Positions 19,593-29,452 of a DNA stretch of 64,000 bases are shown here, piece by piece (positions within the stretch are counted from its first letter, which is position 1; every line of letters starts with the position of its first letter). Position numbers and translations under genes: made by a program. The stretch covers positions 154,714 through 218,713 of the forward strand of contig NZ_JAWKMW010000006.1 in assembly GCF_041392085.1 (NCBI RefSeq). The letters run 5' to 3'. The notes under the pieces are model-generated. The model saw only the letters and a program-made list of their open reading frames with translations, ran no database searches and was not told where the DNA came from. The stretch comes from Flavobacterium sp. (GTDB lineage Bacteria > Bacteroidota > Bacteroidia > Flavobacteriales > Flavobacteriaceae).

Positions 19593-19955
19593 TTGAAATA
19601 TTTTATAATTATATTCTCCTTCTTCTTTTTATTCAAACCCGTATTCCCTGTTTTGAATTATGTGGTGGATTATGATTATATCTTAAAAGAATTATGTGAA
19701 AACAAGGCAAAACCGGAATTGGAGTGTAATGGTAAATGTCATTTAAAAGCTGAATTAGCAAAGGCTTCTAAAGAAAACATTCCTGCCTCACAAGAATCAA
19801 AAAACATAGTTATTTTAGATTTACTATTTTTAGAAACCCTTCCTGAATTCAAATTCAACAAAATGGATGTTGAAAAGCAAATGGTTGCTGTTGCTTATTC
19901 TAGACTATACTTTCGATTACATAGTACCGGCATTTTTCACCCGCCCACTGTGTAA
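19593..19955 (+). CDS. Cys-motif leader protein ending in FHPP (putative metal-responsive upstream ORF)
   Basis: TTG start, hydrophobic N-terminus, LCENKAKPELECNGKCHL, C-terminal IFHPPTV. Confidence 0.7.
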   Translation: MKYFIIIFSFFFLFKPVFPVLNYVVDYDYILKELCENKAKPELECNGKCHLKAELAKASKENIPASQESKNIVILDLLFLETLPEFKFNKMDVEKQMVAVAYSRLYFRLHSTGIFHPPTV

Positions 19956-20114
19956 TCTTCCCTTGCGTATTTTAAAATTTCTAAATGGATTAATATATAA
20001 TCCACACAATACTAGTATCTTATTTTTACCATAAGCCGATTCAATCGGTGATTTCCATCTCATTATTGTAATGGGCTTATGGTTCTTATTCCTATAACTT
20101 AAATTAAATTTACA

Positions 20115-20954
20115 ATGAAACTTTATAAAATATTCTTCCTTTTTGCTCTTGCAATGATTACATCCTGTTCTTCTGATGATGATTCAACACCTATTAACGA
20201 ATTAGACGGTTTGGTAAAAGTCAAAGAGTTTACCAATGACACTCATAGTATTGAAATTTACACAGCTTCCGGTACTACACAACAAGGATACAACGAAATC
20301 TTTTTAAGAATTAAAGAGAAAACAACAAATAACTATATTCAAAACGCAACAATTGAATGGATGCCAATGATGCACATGGCCATGATGAATCACTCTTGTC
20401 CATTTTCAACCGTTGAAAAAGTAGATGGTAAAGAAACCTTATACAAAGGATATATTGTTTTTCAAATGCCCCAAAATGAGACGGAATATTGGGACTTAAA
20501 AATAGATTATTCTATTAATGAAACAAACTATACTGTTACGGATGTTGTAGATGTTCCAGCCACCGAAAAAAGAGTAGTTAGCTCATTTATGGGAACAGAC
20601 AACGTACGTTACATTGTTGCATTGATTGATCCCAGAAACCCAAAAGTGGCCCTAAATGACATGACCGTTGGGATGTATAAAATGGAAAACATGATGAACT
20701 TTCCGGTAGTAAACAATTATACCCTTAAAATTGACCCCAGAATGCCGAGTATGGGAAACCATGGTTCACCAAATAATCTAGATTTAACACAATCTGCTTC
20801 TGATGAATTTTACCACGGCAAAGTATCCTTAACAATGACCGGATATTGGAAAATTAATTTGCAATTACTAAATGATTCTGATGAAGTGTTAAAAGGGGAG
20901 GTAGTTACTGAAACTACTGAATCCAGTAGTATCTTCTTTGAAATAGAATTCTAA
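20115..20954 (+). CDS. Lipoprotein with two YtkA/FixH-like domains and Met/His-rich motifs (putative Cu-binding)
   Basis: Lipobox ITSC then SSDDD; WMPMMHMAMMNHSCP; DPRMPSMGNHGS...LTMTGYW. Confidence 0.75.
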   Translation: MKLYKIFFLFALAMITSCSSDDDSTPINELDGLVKVKEFTNDTHSIEIYTASGTTQQGYNEIFLRIKEKTTNNYIQNATIEWMPMMHMAMMNHSCPFSTVEKVDGKETLYKGYIVFQMPQNETEYWDLKIDYSINETNYTVTDVVDVPATEKRVVSSFMGTDNVRYIVALIDPRNPKVALNDMTVGMYKMENMMNFPVVNNYTLKIDPRMPSMGNHGSPNNLDLTQSASDEFYHGKVSLTMTGYWKINLQLLNDSDEVLKGEVVTETTESSSIFFEIEF

Positions 20955-20967
20955 ATAAAATAGTAAC

Positions 20968-20999
20968 GGCCAAAAGTTATCTAAATTTTTGGCCTTTTT
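20968..20999 (+). terminator. Intra-operon stem-loop with U tract
   Basis: ggccaaaa-N11-ttttggcc-ttttt between lipoprotein and receptor genes. Confidence 0.65.
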
Positions 21000-21008
21000 C
21001 TCTTACTC

Positions 21009-23000
21009 ATGAAAAAGCAATTTATTGTTTCAACAATGCTATTGATTTCAACCATTAGTTGGACTCAAGAGCAAGTGAAAGATAGCATTTTACCTGTAAA
21101 TCTCAGTGAAGTGATTCTAATAGGTAAACCAACTCAAGTAAATCAAAAACAAGCAAAACCCCTAGCAAGTTTAGATGAATATTTGCAGCAATCTGCTAGA
21201 ATTGATATGATTAAACGAGGTGGCTATGCTTGGGAACCCATGATTAATAATATGGCAACTGAGCGAACAATTGTAACCATTGACGGCATGCGGATTTTTG
21301 GAGCTTGTACCGATAAAATGGATCCGGTGACTTCTTATGTAGAAATATCCAATCTCTCGGAAGCAACTATTTCATCGGGGCAAGAAGGTAGTTGTCACGG
21401 ACCAACCATTGGTGGCTCTTTGGATTTGAAACGACTTCGAAGCACATATTCCGAACTGGGCTGGTCGGGTAGTTTAAGTAGTGGCTTTGAATTCAACAAC
21501 AAGCAACGTATTATAGGCGGAATGGTGCACTTCAAAGATAGTTCTTTTTATGCCGATGCAAATGTAACCTATCGAAAAGCTGATAATTATAAAGCTGGAA
21601 ATAGTCAAGAAATAAAGTATTCTCAATTTCAAAAATGGAATGCTTCTGTCATTTCCGGTTATCAATTTCAAAATAAATTGATTGAAGGTTCTGTTATTTT
21701 TGATGAAGCCAATGATGTGGGTTATCCGGCTTTGCCCATGGATATTTCGCTTGCTCGTGCACTAATTACATCATTTAAATATGAAGTCGCACCAAAGTCG
21801 GGACTCCTCAACCATTGGGAAAACAAATTATACTATAATACGATTACCCATTTTATGGACGATTCCAAACGACCAAATGTTCCCATTCGAATGGATATGC
21901 CGGGTTGGAGCGATACGTATGGTTATTATTCCAAAGGAAAAACAAAAAAAGATAAGCACCATCTACTATTTAATGTGAATGGCTTTTACAATCGTTCTAT
22001 TGCCGAAATGACCATGTATCCAAGTGACCCTGATGAAAATGCGATGTTCATGTACACTTGGCCGGATGTTAGAACCCTTTATAATGGTTTATATTTAGAA
22101 GATGAAATTGAACTTTCTTGCCATAACTCACTAAAAATAAATGGTTCGTTTGGCTTTCAACAAAATAAAGTAGCTAATGAATTTGGATTGGAAAGTTTAC
22201 AAATCTTTTATCCTGAAATGGCAGACCAACAAAATCGATTTTTAAAGAGTATTTCTCTGCAATACAAACATCAAGTAAAAGATTGGTTTTTTTCAGTGGG
22301 CTCCGGCTATGGTGAACGAGCTCCATCGGTAACAGAAGGCTATGCGTTTTATATCTTTAATAGTTTTGATTTGTTTGATTATATAGGAAATCCCAATCTT
22401 TCCAACGAAAAATCTGTGGAAGGGAATTTTGATATTCGGTACAAAACTGAAAAAATTAAAACAGGCATTACTTTTTCTGCATTTTATCTTTCGGATTATA
22501 TCATCGGAATACCTGACGACAATCTTCTTCCTATGACTATTGGGGCAAGCGGAGTCAAAATTTACGAACAACTATCTTTTGCCATTTTAATTCATTCTTC
22601 ATTTCAATTTGATTATCGATTTAACGATTATTTTTCATGGAATACTAAATTGCAATACAGTTATGGAAAAGATGCAGAAAAACGAAATTTACCGTTTATT
22701 AGCCCTTTGCAATACCAAAGTCAAATACAATATAAAAAGAATAGATTTCAAACGGAATTAAATGTAATTGGAAATGCGACTCAAACCAATTATAGTCCTT
22801 TTTATGGGGAAAATAGAACACCGGATTATGCTATCTTAAACTTATCTGTGGGTTATACTTTTAAATGGTATTCACAAAAACTATTGGTGAATGCAGGAGT
22901 TGAAAACCTATTTGACACCTATTATTCTACCTTCACCGACTGGAATAATATACCGCGAATGGGTAGAAATATTTACATAAATTTAAATTTCAGTCTCTAA
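21009..23000 (+). CDS. TonB-dependent receptor, OprC/NosA-like putative copper importer
   Basis: Plug GACTDKMDP (CxxxM), barrel HFMDD (HxM), Met track (RMDMP, EMTM, AMFM), C-terminal GVENLFD...GRNIYINLNFSL. Confidence 0.82.
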   Translation: MKKQFIVSTMLLISTISWTQEQVKDSILPVNLSEVILIGKPTQVNQKQAKPLASLDEYLQQSARIDMIKRGGYAWEPMINNMATERTIVTIDGMRIFGACTDKMDPVTSYVEISNLSEATISSGQEGSCHGPTIGGSLDLKRLRSTYSELGWSGSLSSGFEFNNKQRIIGGMVHFKDSSFYADANVTYRKADNYKAGNSQEIKYSQFQKWNASVISGYQFQNKLIEGSVIFDEANDVGYPALPMDISLARALITSFKYEVAPKSGLLNHWENKLYYNTITHFMDDSKRPNVPIRMDMPGWSDTYGYYSKGKTKKDKHHLLFNVNGFYNRSIAEMTMYPSDPDENAMFMYTWPDVRTLYNGLYLEDEIELSCHNSLKINGSFGFQQNKVANEFGLESLQIFYPEMADQQNRFLKSISLQYKHQVKDWFFSVGSGYGERAPSVTEGYAFYIFNSFDLFDYIGNPNLSNEKSVEGNFDIRYKTEKIKTGITFSAFYLSDYIIGIPDDNLLPMTIGASGVKIYEQLSFAILIHSSFQFDYRFNDYFSWNTKLQYSYGKDAEKRNLPFISPLQYQSQIQYKKNRFQTELNVIGNATQTNYSPFYGENRTPDYAILNLSVGYTFKWYSQKLLVNAGVENLFDTYYSTFTDWNNIPRMGRNIYINLNFSL

Positions 23001-23002
23001 TA

Positions 23003-24124
23003 TCAGTTTGTCTTTTTATAACTCCAAACGGCTAAACCATTTACGACAATTGCAAAAAGAGTTATTATCCCTAGATTTGGCAAAACTTCTTGAAGTCCGG
23101 CTCCTTTGAGTAGAACCATTCGTATAAATTCAACAAAATAGCGAATCGGATTGAATAAGGTCACGTTTTGTGCCCATTTTGGCATGCTTTCAATTGGCGT
23201 AAACAAACCACTCATTAGAATAAAGATAACAATGAAAAACCAAGCAATAAACATGGCTTGCTGTTGGGTTTCGGTATGATTAGAAAGAAATAAGCCAAAG
23301 CCTAAAATGAGCAATAAATATATAGAAGTAAAAAAATAAACCAATACAATGTTTCCCAACATAGGTACATTGAAAACAATTTTAGAAATTAGTAAGCCTA
23401 TAGTTAAAATTATAAGCCCTATAATCCAAAAAGGAAATAATTTGCCAATAATAAATTGATATTTTTTTATCGGAGTAACGTTGATTTGCTCTAAAGTACC
23501 CAATTCTTTTTCTCGCACAATATTCATTGACGAGAGGAATAATGTTAACATCGTAATCAACAAGACTAAGATTCCAGGGACCATAAAAGTTTTATAATTA
23601 AGTGTCGAATTATACCAAAAGGAAGGAATAGTTTCAATTCGATTAGGCATTATTTGATTGTTTAAAATGTGTTTGTTTTCCAACTGAATATGCTGATTGA
23701 ACTGCTGAACAATTTGCGAAAGATATACATTTTGAACTCCCGCAGTTGCTCCATCAATAGCATTAATTAAAACCTGAATTTGAGTGGTAGTCTCATTTTG
23801 TAGTTGTTTTTCAAACGGGATAGGAATTTCTATCACCACATCGGTTTTACCGCTATTTAACCGCTCAATACCGGCTTGTGTTGTGGAAACAAACACTGCA
23901 TCAGTAAAATAAGCATTTGCATTTATTTTTTCAATCAAAGTTCTTGAAGAGGATGAATTACTATAATCAACAATGGTTACCCGAATGTTTTTGACATCAA
24001 AAGTAGCCGCATTAGAAAGAATTAAAAGTTGTAAAATTGGTAGTATAAAGAGTAAACGAAGCATACTTTTATCCCTAAATATCTGTTTGAATTCTTTTTG
24101 TATGATGAATAGAATGATTTTCAT
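23003..24124 (-). CDS. ABC-2 type exporter permease (YbhR-like)
   Basis: KEFKQIFRD, VREKELGTLEQINVTP, SGLFTPIESMP. Confidence 0.9.
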   Translation of the reverse strand: MKIILFIIQKEFKQIFRDKSMLRLLFILPILQLLILSNAATFDVKNIRVTIVDYSNSSSSRTLIEKINANAYFTDAVFVSTTQAGIERLNSGKTDVVIEIPIPFEKQLQNETTTQIQVLINAIDGATAGVQNVYLSQIVQQFNQHIQLENKHILNNQIMPNRIETIPSFWYNSTLNYKTFMVPGILVLLITMLTLFLSSMNIVREKELGTLEQINVTPIKKYQFIIGKLFPFWIIGLIILTIGLLISKIVFNVPMLGNIVLVYFFTSIYLLLILGFGLFLSNHTETQQQAMFIAWFFIVIFILMSGLFTPIESMPKWAQNVTLFNPIRYFVEFIRMVLLKGAGLQEVLPNLGIITLFAIVVNGLAVWSYKKTN

Positions 24125-24135
24125 GGTGCGATTAT

Positions 24136-25242
24136 TTACTCCAAACGAGTTTTGTAATTTTTAATACTTAAACCAATAAAAAGAATGGTCATTCCCACTA
24201 AAATTAATGTTTCTTTGAGGATGTATTCTAAACCAACACCTTTTAACATTATCGACTTTACAATAATAATAAACCATTTCGCAGGAATAATGCTACTGAT
24301 GACTTGCATAGGTAATGGCATCGAAGCAATGGGAAAAATAAAACCTGATAATATGATAACCGGCAACATCAATCCCATCAACGAAATCATCATGGCTGTT
24401 TGTTGGGTATTGGAAATGGTAGAAATGAATATCCCTAATGAAAGGGCTGTAATAATAAATAAAATACTCTCGACGGCTAACAATAAAATACTCCCTTGAA
24501 TTGGCATTCCAAAAATAAAATAACCCATTGAAACAATAACGATGGCATTGATTACAGAAAGAAAAATATAAGGAAACACTTTACCCAAGATAACTTGAAA
24601 AGGCTTTAAAGGGGATACCAATAAAATTTCCATAGTACCCAATTCTTTTTCTCTTGTAATTGAAATAGAGGTCATCATGGCAGAAACCAACATCAAAATA
24701 ACGGTCATAACACCCGGAACAAAATTAAAGACGCTTTTTAATTCAGGATTATACAACATACGGCTTTGTATGACAACCCCAGTAGTATTTTTTTGAACTG
24801 TACTTTTTTGACTTTGATGGTTTTGAATAATAGATTGAGTATAGTTTGCTATCGTATTGGCAATATTAGGTTCAGTAGCATCTGTAATGACTTGAACCGT
24901 AGCTTTCATTTCGGTTTGTAATTTTTTTGCAAAATCTTTTTCAAAGAGTAAAACGGCTTTTATTTTTCCTTTTTTAAACTCGCTTTCAATCGCATTTTCA
25001 TTCGCAATTTCATTTGCCACATGAAAATAAGGAGAAGCTTTAATCTTTTGAATAATTTTTTGTGATTCAGTATCTTTCGAATAATCCAAAATAGCAATCT
25101 CTACATTATTAATTTCATTGGTAATGGCAAATCCAAACAGCAAAATTTGGGCAATAGGCATACCAAAAAGAATAAACAACGAGCGTTTATCTCTAAAAAT
25201 ATGATAGAATTCCTTTTTAATAAAACCTAAAAATCGTTTCAT
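24136..25242 (-). CDS. ABC-2 type exporter permease (YbhS-like)
   Basis: KEFYHIFRD, YNPEL, TREKELGTMEILLVSP. Confidence 0.9.
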   Translation of the reverse strand: MKRFLGFIKKEFYHIFRDKRSLFILFGMPIAQILLFGFAITNEINNVEIAILDYSKDTESQKIIQKIKASPYFHVANEIANENAIESEFKKGKIKAVLLFEKDFAKKLQTEMKATVQVITDATEPNIANTIANYTQSIIQNHQSQKSTVQKNTTGVVIQSRMLYNPELKSVFNFVPGVMTVILMLVSAMMTSISITREKELGTMEILLVSPLKPFQVILGKVFPYIFLSVINAIVIVSMGYFIFGMPIQGSILLLAVESILFIITALSLGIFISTISNTQQTAMMISLMGLMLPVIILSGFIFPIASMPLPMQVISSIIPAKWFIIIVKSIMLKGVGLEYILKETLILVGMTILFIGLSIKNYKTRLE

Positions 25243-25258
25243 CTTCCTTTTTATTTTG

Positions 25259-25999
25259 TTATTCTATGTTTCGGGCTAGCTTTAAAAATACTTCATTCAT
25301 CGTACTAACTTGAAATTGATTTTTTAAGTTTTTCGGGGTATCCAAGGCTTCAATCACACCATCAACCATAATCGATACGCGGTCACAATATTCTGCCTCA
25401 TCCATATAGTGTGTCGTTACAAAAATAGTAGTACCCTTGTGAGCTTCAGCATAAATCAATTCCCAAAATTGTCTGCGGGTGATGGGGTCTACTCCTCCGG
25501 TAGGTTCATCTAAAAAAACAATTTTAGGTTCATGTAGCATAGCTACAGAAAATGCCAATTTTTGTTTCCATCCCAAGGGTAAGTCGCCAACCTTTTTTTG
25601 GGCAATATCACCCAGTTGCAATGTTTGAATTAACACCTCCGTCTTACTGTTGATCTGTTTTCGTGATAATCCGTAAATTCCACCAAAAAAAGTAATATTT
25701 TCTTTCACTGTTAAATCGTCGTACATCGAAAATTTCTGACTCATATAACCAATATTTTGTTTCACTTTTTCGCTTTGTGTGTGCACATCAAAACCGGCTA
25801 CATTTGCTCTACCATTAGTAGGATTTGAAATTCCTATCAACATCTTCATAGCCGTTGTCTTTCCTGCACCATTTGCTCCTAAAAAACCAAATATTTCTCC
25901 TTTGTTTACGTGAAAGTTGATTCCTTTAACAGCTGTAAAGTGGCCAAATTGCTTGGTAAGGTTTTCTACGACTATAATTTTTTCCGAAAGATTGTTCAT
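25259..25999 (-). CDS. ABC transporter ATP-binding protein (YbhF C-terminal half-like)
   Basis: GANGAGKT, degenerate signature LPLGWKQ, FLDEPTGGVDP. Confidence 0.92.
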   Translation of the reverse strand: MNNLSEKIIVVENLTKQFGHFTAVKGINFHVNKGEIFGFLGANGAGKTTAMKMLIGISNPTNGRANVAGFDVHTQSEKVKQNIGYMSQKFSMYDDLTVKENITFFGGIYGLSRKQINSKTEVLIQTLQLGDIAQKKVGDLPLGWKQKLAFSVAMLHEPKIVFLDEPTGGVDPITRRQFWELIYAEAHKGTTIFVTTHYMDEAEYCDRVSIMVDGVIEALDTPKNLKNQFQVSTMNEVFLKLARNIE

Positions 26000-26010
26000 G
26001 TAAAATGGGT

Positions 26011-26907
26011 TTATAAATCCATAAAAATATCTTCTATAGTAGGGGTTGTTTTTTGAAGGATGATACTTTGATGTCCTTTTGCCTTCAAATAGTTACGCAA
26101 AGTTTCACTATCAAAAAAATTGTTCAAATCAATATAATGAACAAATTCTCCGAAAGCAAAAACACTGTAATACGATGGAAAATGTTTTAAATCTTCAATC
26201 AGTAGGTGCATTTGGTTACTGGCAACCTCATAAATGGTTTTTTGATAAGCATCAACAATTCCCTGCGGTGTATCAATTTTAAGGATTTTCCCCTCTTGAA
26301 TGAGTGCGATTCGGTCACATAATGTGGCCTCATCCATATAAGGTGTAGAAACTAGAATGGTAATACCTTTCTGCTTCAGTCGTTTAAGCATTTCCCAAAA
26401 TTCTTTTCTGGAGACAGGATCTACACCCGTTGTGGGTTCATCCAGAAACAAAACTTTTGGTTTGTGTATTAAAGCACAACAAAGGGCTAGTTTTTGTTTC
26501 ATTCCACCTGATAACGCACCTGCTTTTCGGTTTTTAAAAGGTTCTATTTGCACATATATATCTTCAATTAAATCATAATTTTCTTCAATCGTAGTACCGA
26601 AAATAGTTGCAAAAAAGGCTAAGTTTTCCGAGATAGTTAAATCCTGATACAGCGAGAATTTTCCGGGCATGTACCCCACAGCATTGCGTATTTCTTTCAC
26701 TTGTTTCAAAATGTTGTAATTAGCTACTGTTGCACTTCCTTCGTTTGGTAATAACAAGGTGGTCAATAATCGGAAAAGAGTTGTTTTTCCGGCTCCGTCT
26801 GGTCCAATTAAACCAAAAAGTTCCCCTTCATTTACCTCCAAAGTAATGTTTTGAAGTGCTGGAATGTTTTTATACGATTTCGAAATATTCTGAACAGAAA
26901 TACTCAT
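26011..26907 (-). CDS. ABC transporter ATP-binding protein (YbhF N-terminal half-like)
   Basis: GPDGAGKT, LSGGMKQ, FLDEPTTGVDP. Confidence 0.92.
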   Translation of the reverse strand: MSISVQNISKSYKNIPALQNITLEVNEGELFGLIGPDGAGKTTLFRLLTTLLLPNEGSATVANYNILKQVKEIRNAVGYMPGKFSLYQDLTISENLAFFATIFGTTIEENYDLIEDIYVQIEPFKNRKAGALSGGMKQKLALCCALIHKPKVLFLDEPTTGVDPVSRKEFWEMLKRLKQKGITILVSTPYMDEATLCDRIALIQEGKILKIDTPQGIVDAYQKTIYEVASNQMHLLIEDLKHFPSYYSVFAFGEFVHYIDLNNFFDSETLRNYLKAKGHQSIILQKTTPTIEDIFMDL

Positions 26908-26932
26908 GGTCTTAACCCTTAAATATAAATAG

Positions 26933-27301
26933 TTACTTAATTAACAAAAAATTAGTTAACTCGTGAGCGTCAACCCAATGTTTTACATTAACCGGAATTT
27001 TAACATAATCCCCAGATGTCAAATGTATTTTTTTACCGGTTTCTTCATTGTAAGTGGCATCACCTGATACACACAGCAACAATGCCGGAATTGTGGTAAC
27101 ATGCTCTTTTAACTGTTCATTCTTGGCTATCTGTAAGGAAACTACTTTGCCTTGTGTAGGCTCAAAAAGCAGTTGAGTAGCTACTGCCTTATTTTCTGTA
27201 TGCAAATTTTTAAGGTTCATACTGTTTGATTTTAAATTAGTTTTTGTTGATTTACAACCCATTGCAATTAAAACAATTGCTAGAAATAGTATTTTTTTCA
27301 T
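26933..27301 (-). CDS. Cupin domain protein with an apparent lipoprotein signal
   Basis: LKEHVT...LLCVSG and GDYVKIPVNVKHWV cupin motifs; N-terminal MKKILFLAIVLIAMGC. Alternative start at MNLKNLH (27220). Confidence 0.75.
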   Translation of the reverse strand: MKKILFLAIVLIAMGCKSTKTNLKSNSMNLKNLHTENKAVATQLLFEPTQGKVVSLQIAKNEQLKEHVTTIPALLLCVSGDATYNEETGKKIHLTSGDYVKIPVNVKHWVDAHELTNFLLIK

Positions 27302-27306
27302 AATTA

Positions 27307-28188
27307 TTAATTTGTTAGCCTGACCTCCGCAGGCATCCCTATTTTTATACTTCCTTCATTTTTAACCGCTACTTTTACTGCATAAACTAAATTGGCTCTT
27401 TCTTCTCTCGTTTGAATGACTTTTGGCGTAAATTCTGCCTGAGCACTTATCCATGAGATTGTGCCATCATAGGTTTTTATTCCTTGTTCAGCATCAATCG
27501 AAACGTTAACTTTTTGTCCAATTTTCAATTGTGCTAATTGCGTTTCTGTAAAATACACGCGTAATTCCATTTCATGTAAATTAGCTATTTTATAAAGTGG
27601 TTTTCCAAATGAAGTGATTTCAGATGGTTCTGCATACTTTGTCAAAACTGTGCCTTCTAATGGATTAATAATAGTAGCTTTTTTTATCTGATCGTCTAAT
27701 TTGTCAATTTGAACTTTTAACGATTTTATTTCATTTAAAATGGGAGCGTTTTGAGTTTGCACACTGCCAATTTGTTTTTCAATGACTTTCACTTTTCCTT
27801 CAATCTCGTCCACTTGTCGTTTTGTAGCTGCATTTTCTGCAAACATATTTTTAATTCGGGTTTGCTCTATTTTAGCAGTTTTTAATTGTTCATTTAAAAC
27901 ACTAATTTCTGATAGAACAGCAGCTGATTTTGCTTGAACGGTTTCAATAGTGGCTTTTAATTGTTCTTTATTATAATGCAGTTGTAAGGTATCGACTAAC
28001 CCAACAAGTGTTCCTTTTTTAAGTTGAATTCCTTCCTCTACATTTAAAAATTCAATTTTACCGTTGGATTCAGAAGAAACAATGATTTCAGTGGCTTCAA
28101 AATTTCCGTAAGCATCCGCTTTTTCATTATTTTTTTGGCAACTTATAATTAGTAGAAATGCTGTAAATGAGATTATTATTTTTTTCAT
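27307..28188 (-). CDS. HlyD family secretion adaptor (YbhG-like)
   Basis: Lipobox IISC; GNFEATE; AEFTPKVIQT. Confidence 0.92.
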   Translation of the reverse strand: MKKIIISFTAFLLIISCQKNNEKADAYGNFEATEIIVSSESNGKIEFLNVEEGIQLKKGTLVGLVDTLQLHYNKEQLKATIETVQAKSAAVLSEISVLNEQLKTAKIEQTRIKNMFAENAATKRQVDEIEGKVKVIEKQIGSVQTQNAPILNEIKSLKVQIDKLDDQIKKATIINPLEGTVLTKYAEPSEITSFGKPLYKIANLHEMELRVYFTETQLAQLKIGQKVNVSIDAEQGIKTYDGTISWISAQAEFTPKVIQTREERANLVYAVKVAVKNEGSIKIGMPAEVRLTN

Positions 28189-28198
28189 GGTTGATGTT

Positions 28199-29452
28199 TT
28201 AAATTCCGCTTATGATTTGGTAGTTTGCTTTAGCTAAAAGTAATTGAATATGGTGCGTTTTTTCATTAATTTTAGATTCAAATAAATGTGTTACCTCATT
28301 CAAATAGTCTGATGAAGTGATCACACCATTCTTCATTTGAGCTTCTGCCGAGCGTACAATTTTTTCACGTAATTGAATAATTTCTAAATCTGATTTCAAT
28401 TGTGCATTTATTTTTTCGATTTCAAAATTGTATTCATTCAATTGACGATTTTGATTGACTTCAAACGTTTCTTTTTCTGTTAAAATGATTTGTTTGGATA
28501 ATTCTAGTACCTCTTTTTCTTTTTTTGTTTTATTCCATTCAAACAAAGTCCAATTTAACCGTAAGCCAGTCATATAAAATGTTTCAAATGAATTATTTAA
28601 CATGTTTAACGCCGGATTTCCGTAGCCACCTTGAAGAAAAGCGTTTAGTTTTGGTGCATGGGTAGTTTCAATCACTTTTTGAGCAGCTTCTACTTGTTGA
28701 TTTTGCAAATCAAATAGGACTAATTCAGGTCGAATTCCACTTCTTTCTGCCTCAAAATGTGTTGGTTGGGATAAAATGGTGGTTGGATGAAAAACTTGTC
28801 CGGACAAGAGTTCTAAATTCTTCCAAAGTTTCAGTTGTTCAAGAGTAATATCACTTAACTGTTGATTGATGTTGATTATTTCAGCTTCAATCACTTGTTC
28901 TGAGGCCGGTAAAACCGCTCCAAATTTAACAGCAGTTTGAATCTCCTTACTTTTCTCTTCAAGTAGTACTTTTTTAGCTTGCAATAATTCCTGCCTTTCT
29001 TGCGAAAGTAAAAGCCCAAAGTAGTATTGATTAACCTGGGTTTTTAATTGATATAGATTTACGATAGCTACTTGCTGTTGCGATTTAATTTGAGTTGCTT
29101 TAAGTTGCGTTTGAGCCTTAATAGTTCCGCCATTATAAATCAATTGATTAATATCGAGGGTAGCTCTGTATTGATCTTTATTTAACGGCTCCATTGTTAC
29201 ATTGGGCATAGAAAACGGTACTTGTGTAACATCCGATTGATAACTAGCTTGAGCATGGAATGAAATTTTTGGTAATTTATCCTTTGCTAAAACTATTGCT
29301 TCTAATTCCGATTGATTTTGGAGCAGATTGTTTTGTTTGGCTAGTGGGTAGTTTTTTTCAACCAACGCATAGCATTTTTCAAGTGTCAATTGCTCCTGAG
29401 CCCAAAAATCTTGCCCAAACAAGATTACTATACTAAAAATTAATTTTTTCAT
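28199..29452 (-). CDS. TolC family protein
   Basis: OEP repeats; context between TetR and HlyD genes. Confidence 0.88.
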   Translation of the reverse strand: MKKLIFSIVILFGQDFWAQEQLTLEKCYALVEKNYPLAKQNNLLQNQSELEAIVLAKDKLPKISFHAQASYQSDVTQVPFSMPNVTMEPLNKDQYRATLDINQLIYNGGTIKAQTQLKATQIKSQQQVAIVNLYQLKTQVNQYYFGLLLSQERQELLQAKKVLLEEKSKEIQTAVKFGAVLPASEQVIEAEIININQQLSDITLEQLKLWKNLELLSGQVFHPTTILSQPTHFEAERSGIRPELVLFDLQNQQVEAAQKVIETTHAPKLNAFLQGGYGNPALNMLNNSFETFYMTGLRLNWTLFEWNKTKKEKEVLELSKQIILTEKETFEVNQNRQLNEYNFEIEKINAQLKSDLEIIQLREKIVRSAEAQMKNGVITSSDYLNEVTHLFESKINEKTHHIQLLLAKANYQIISGI

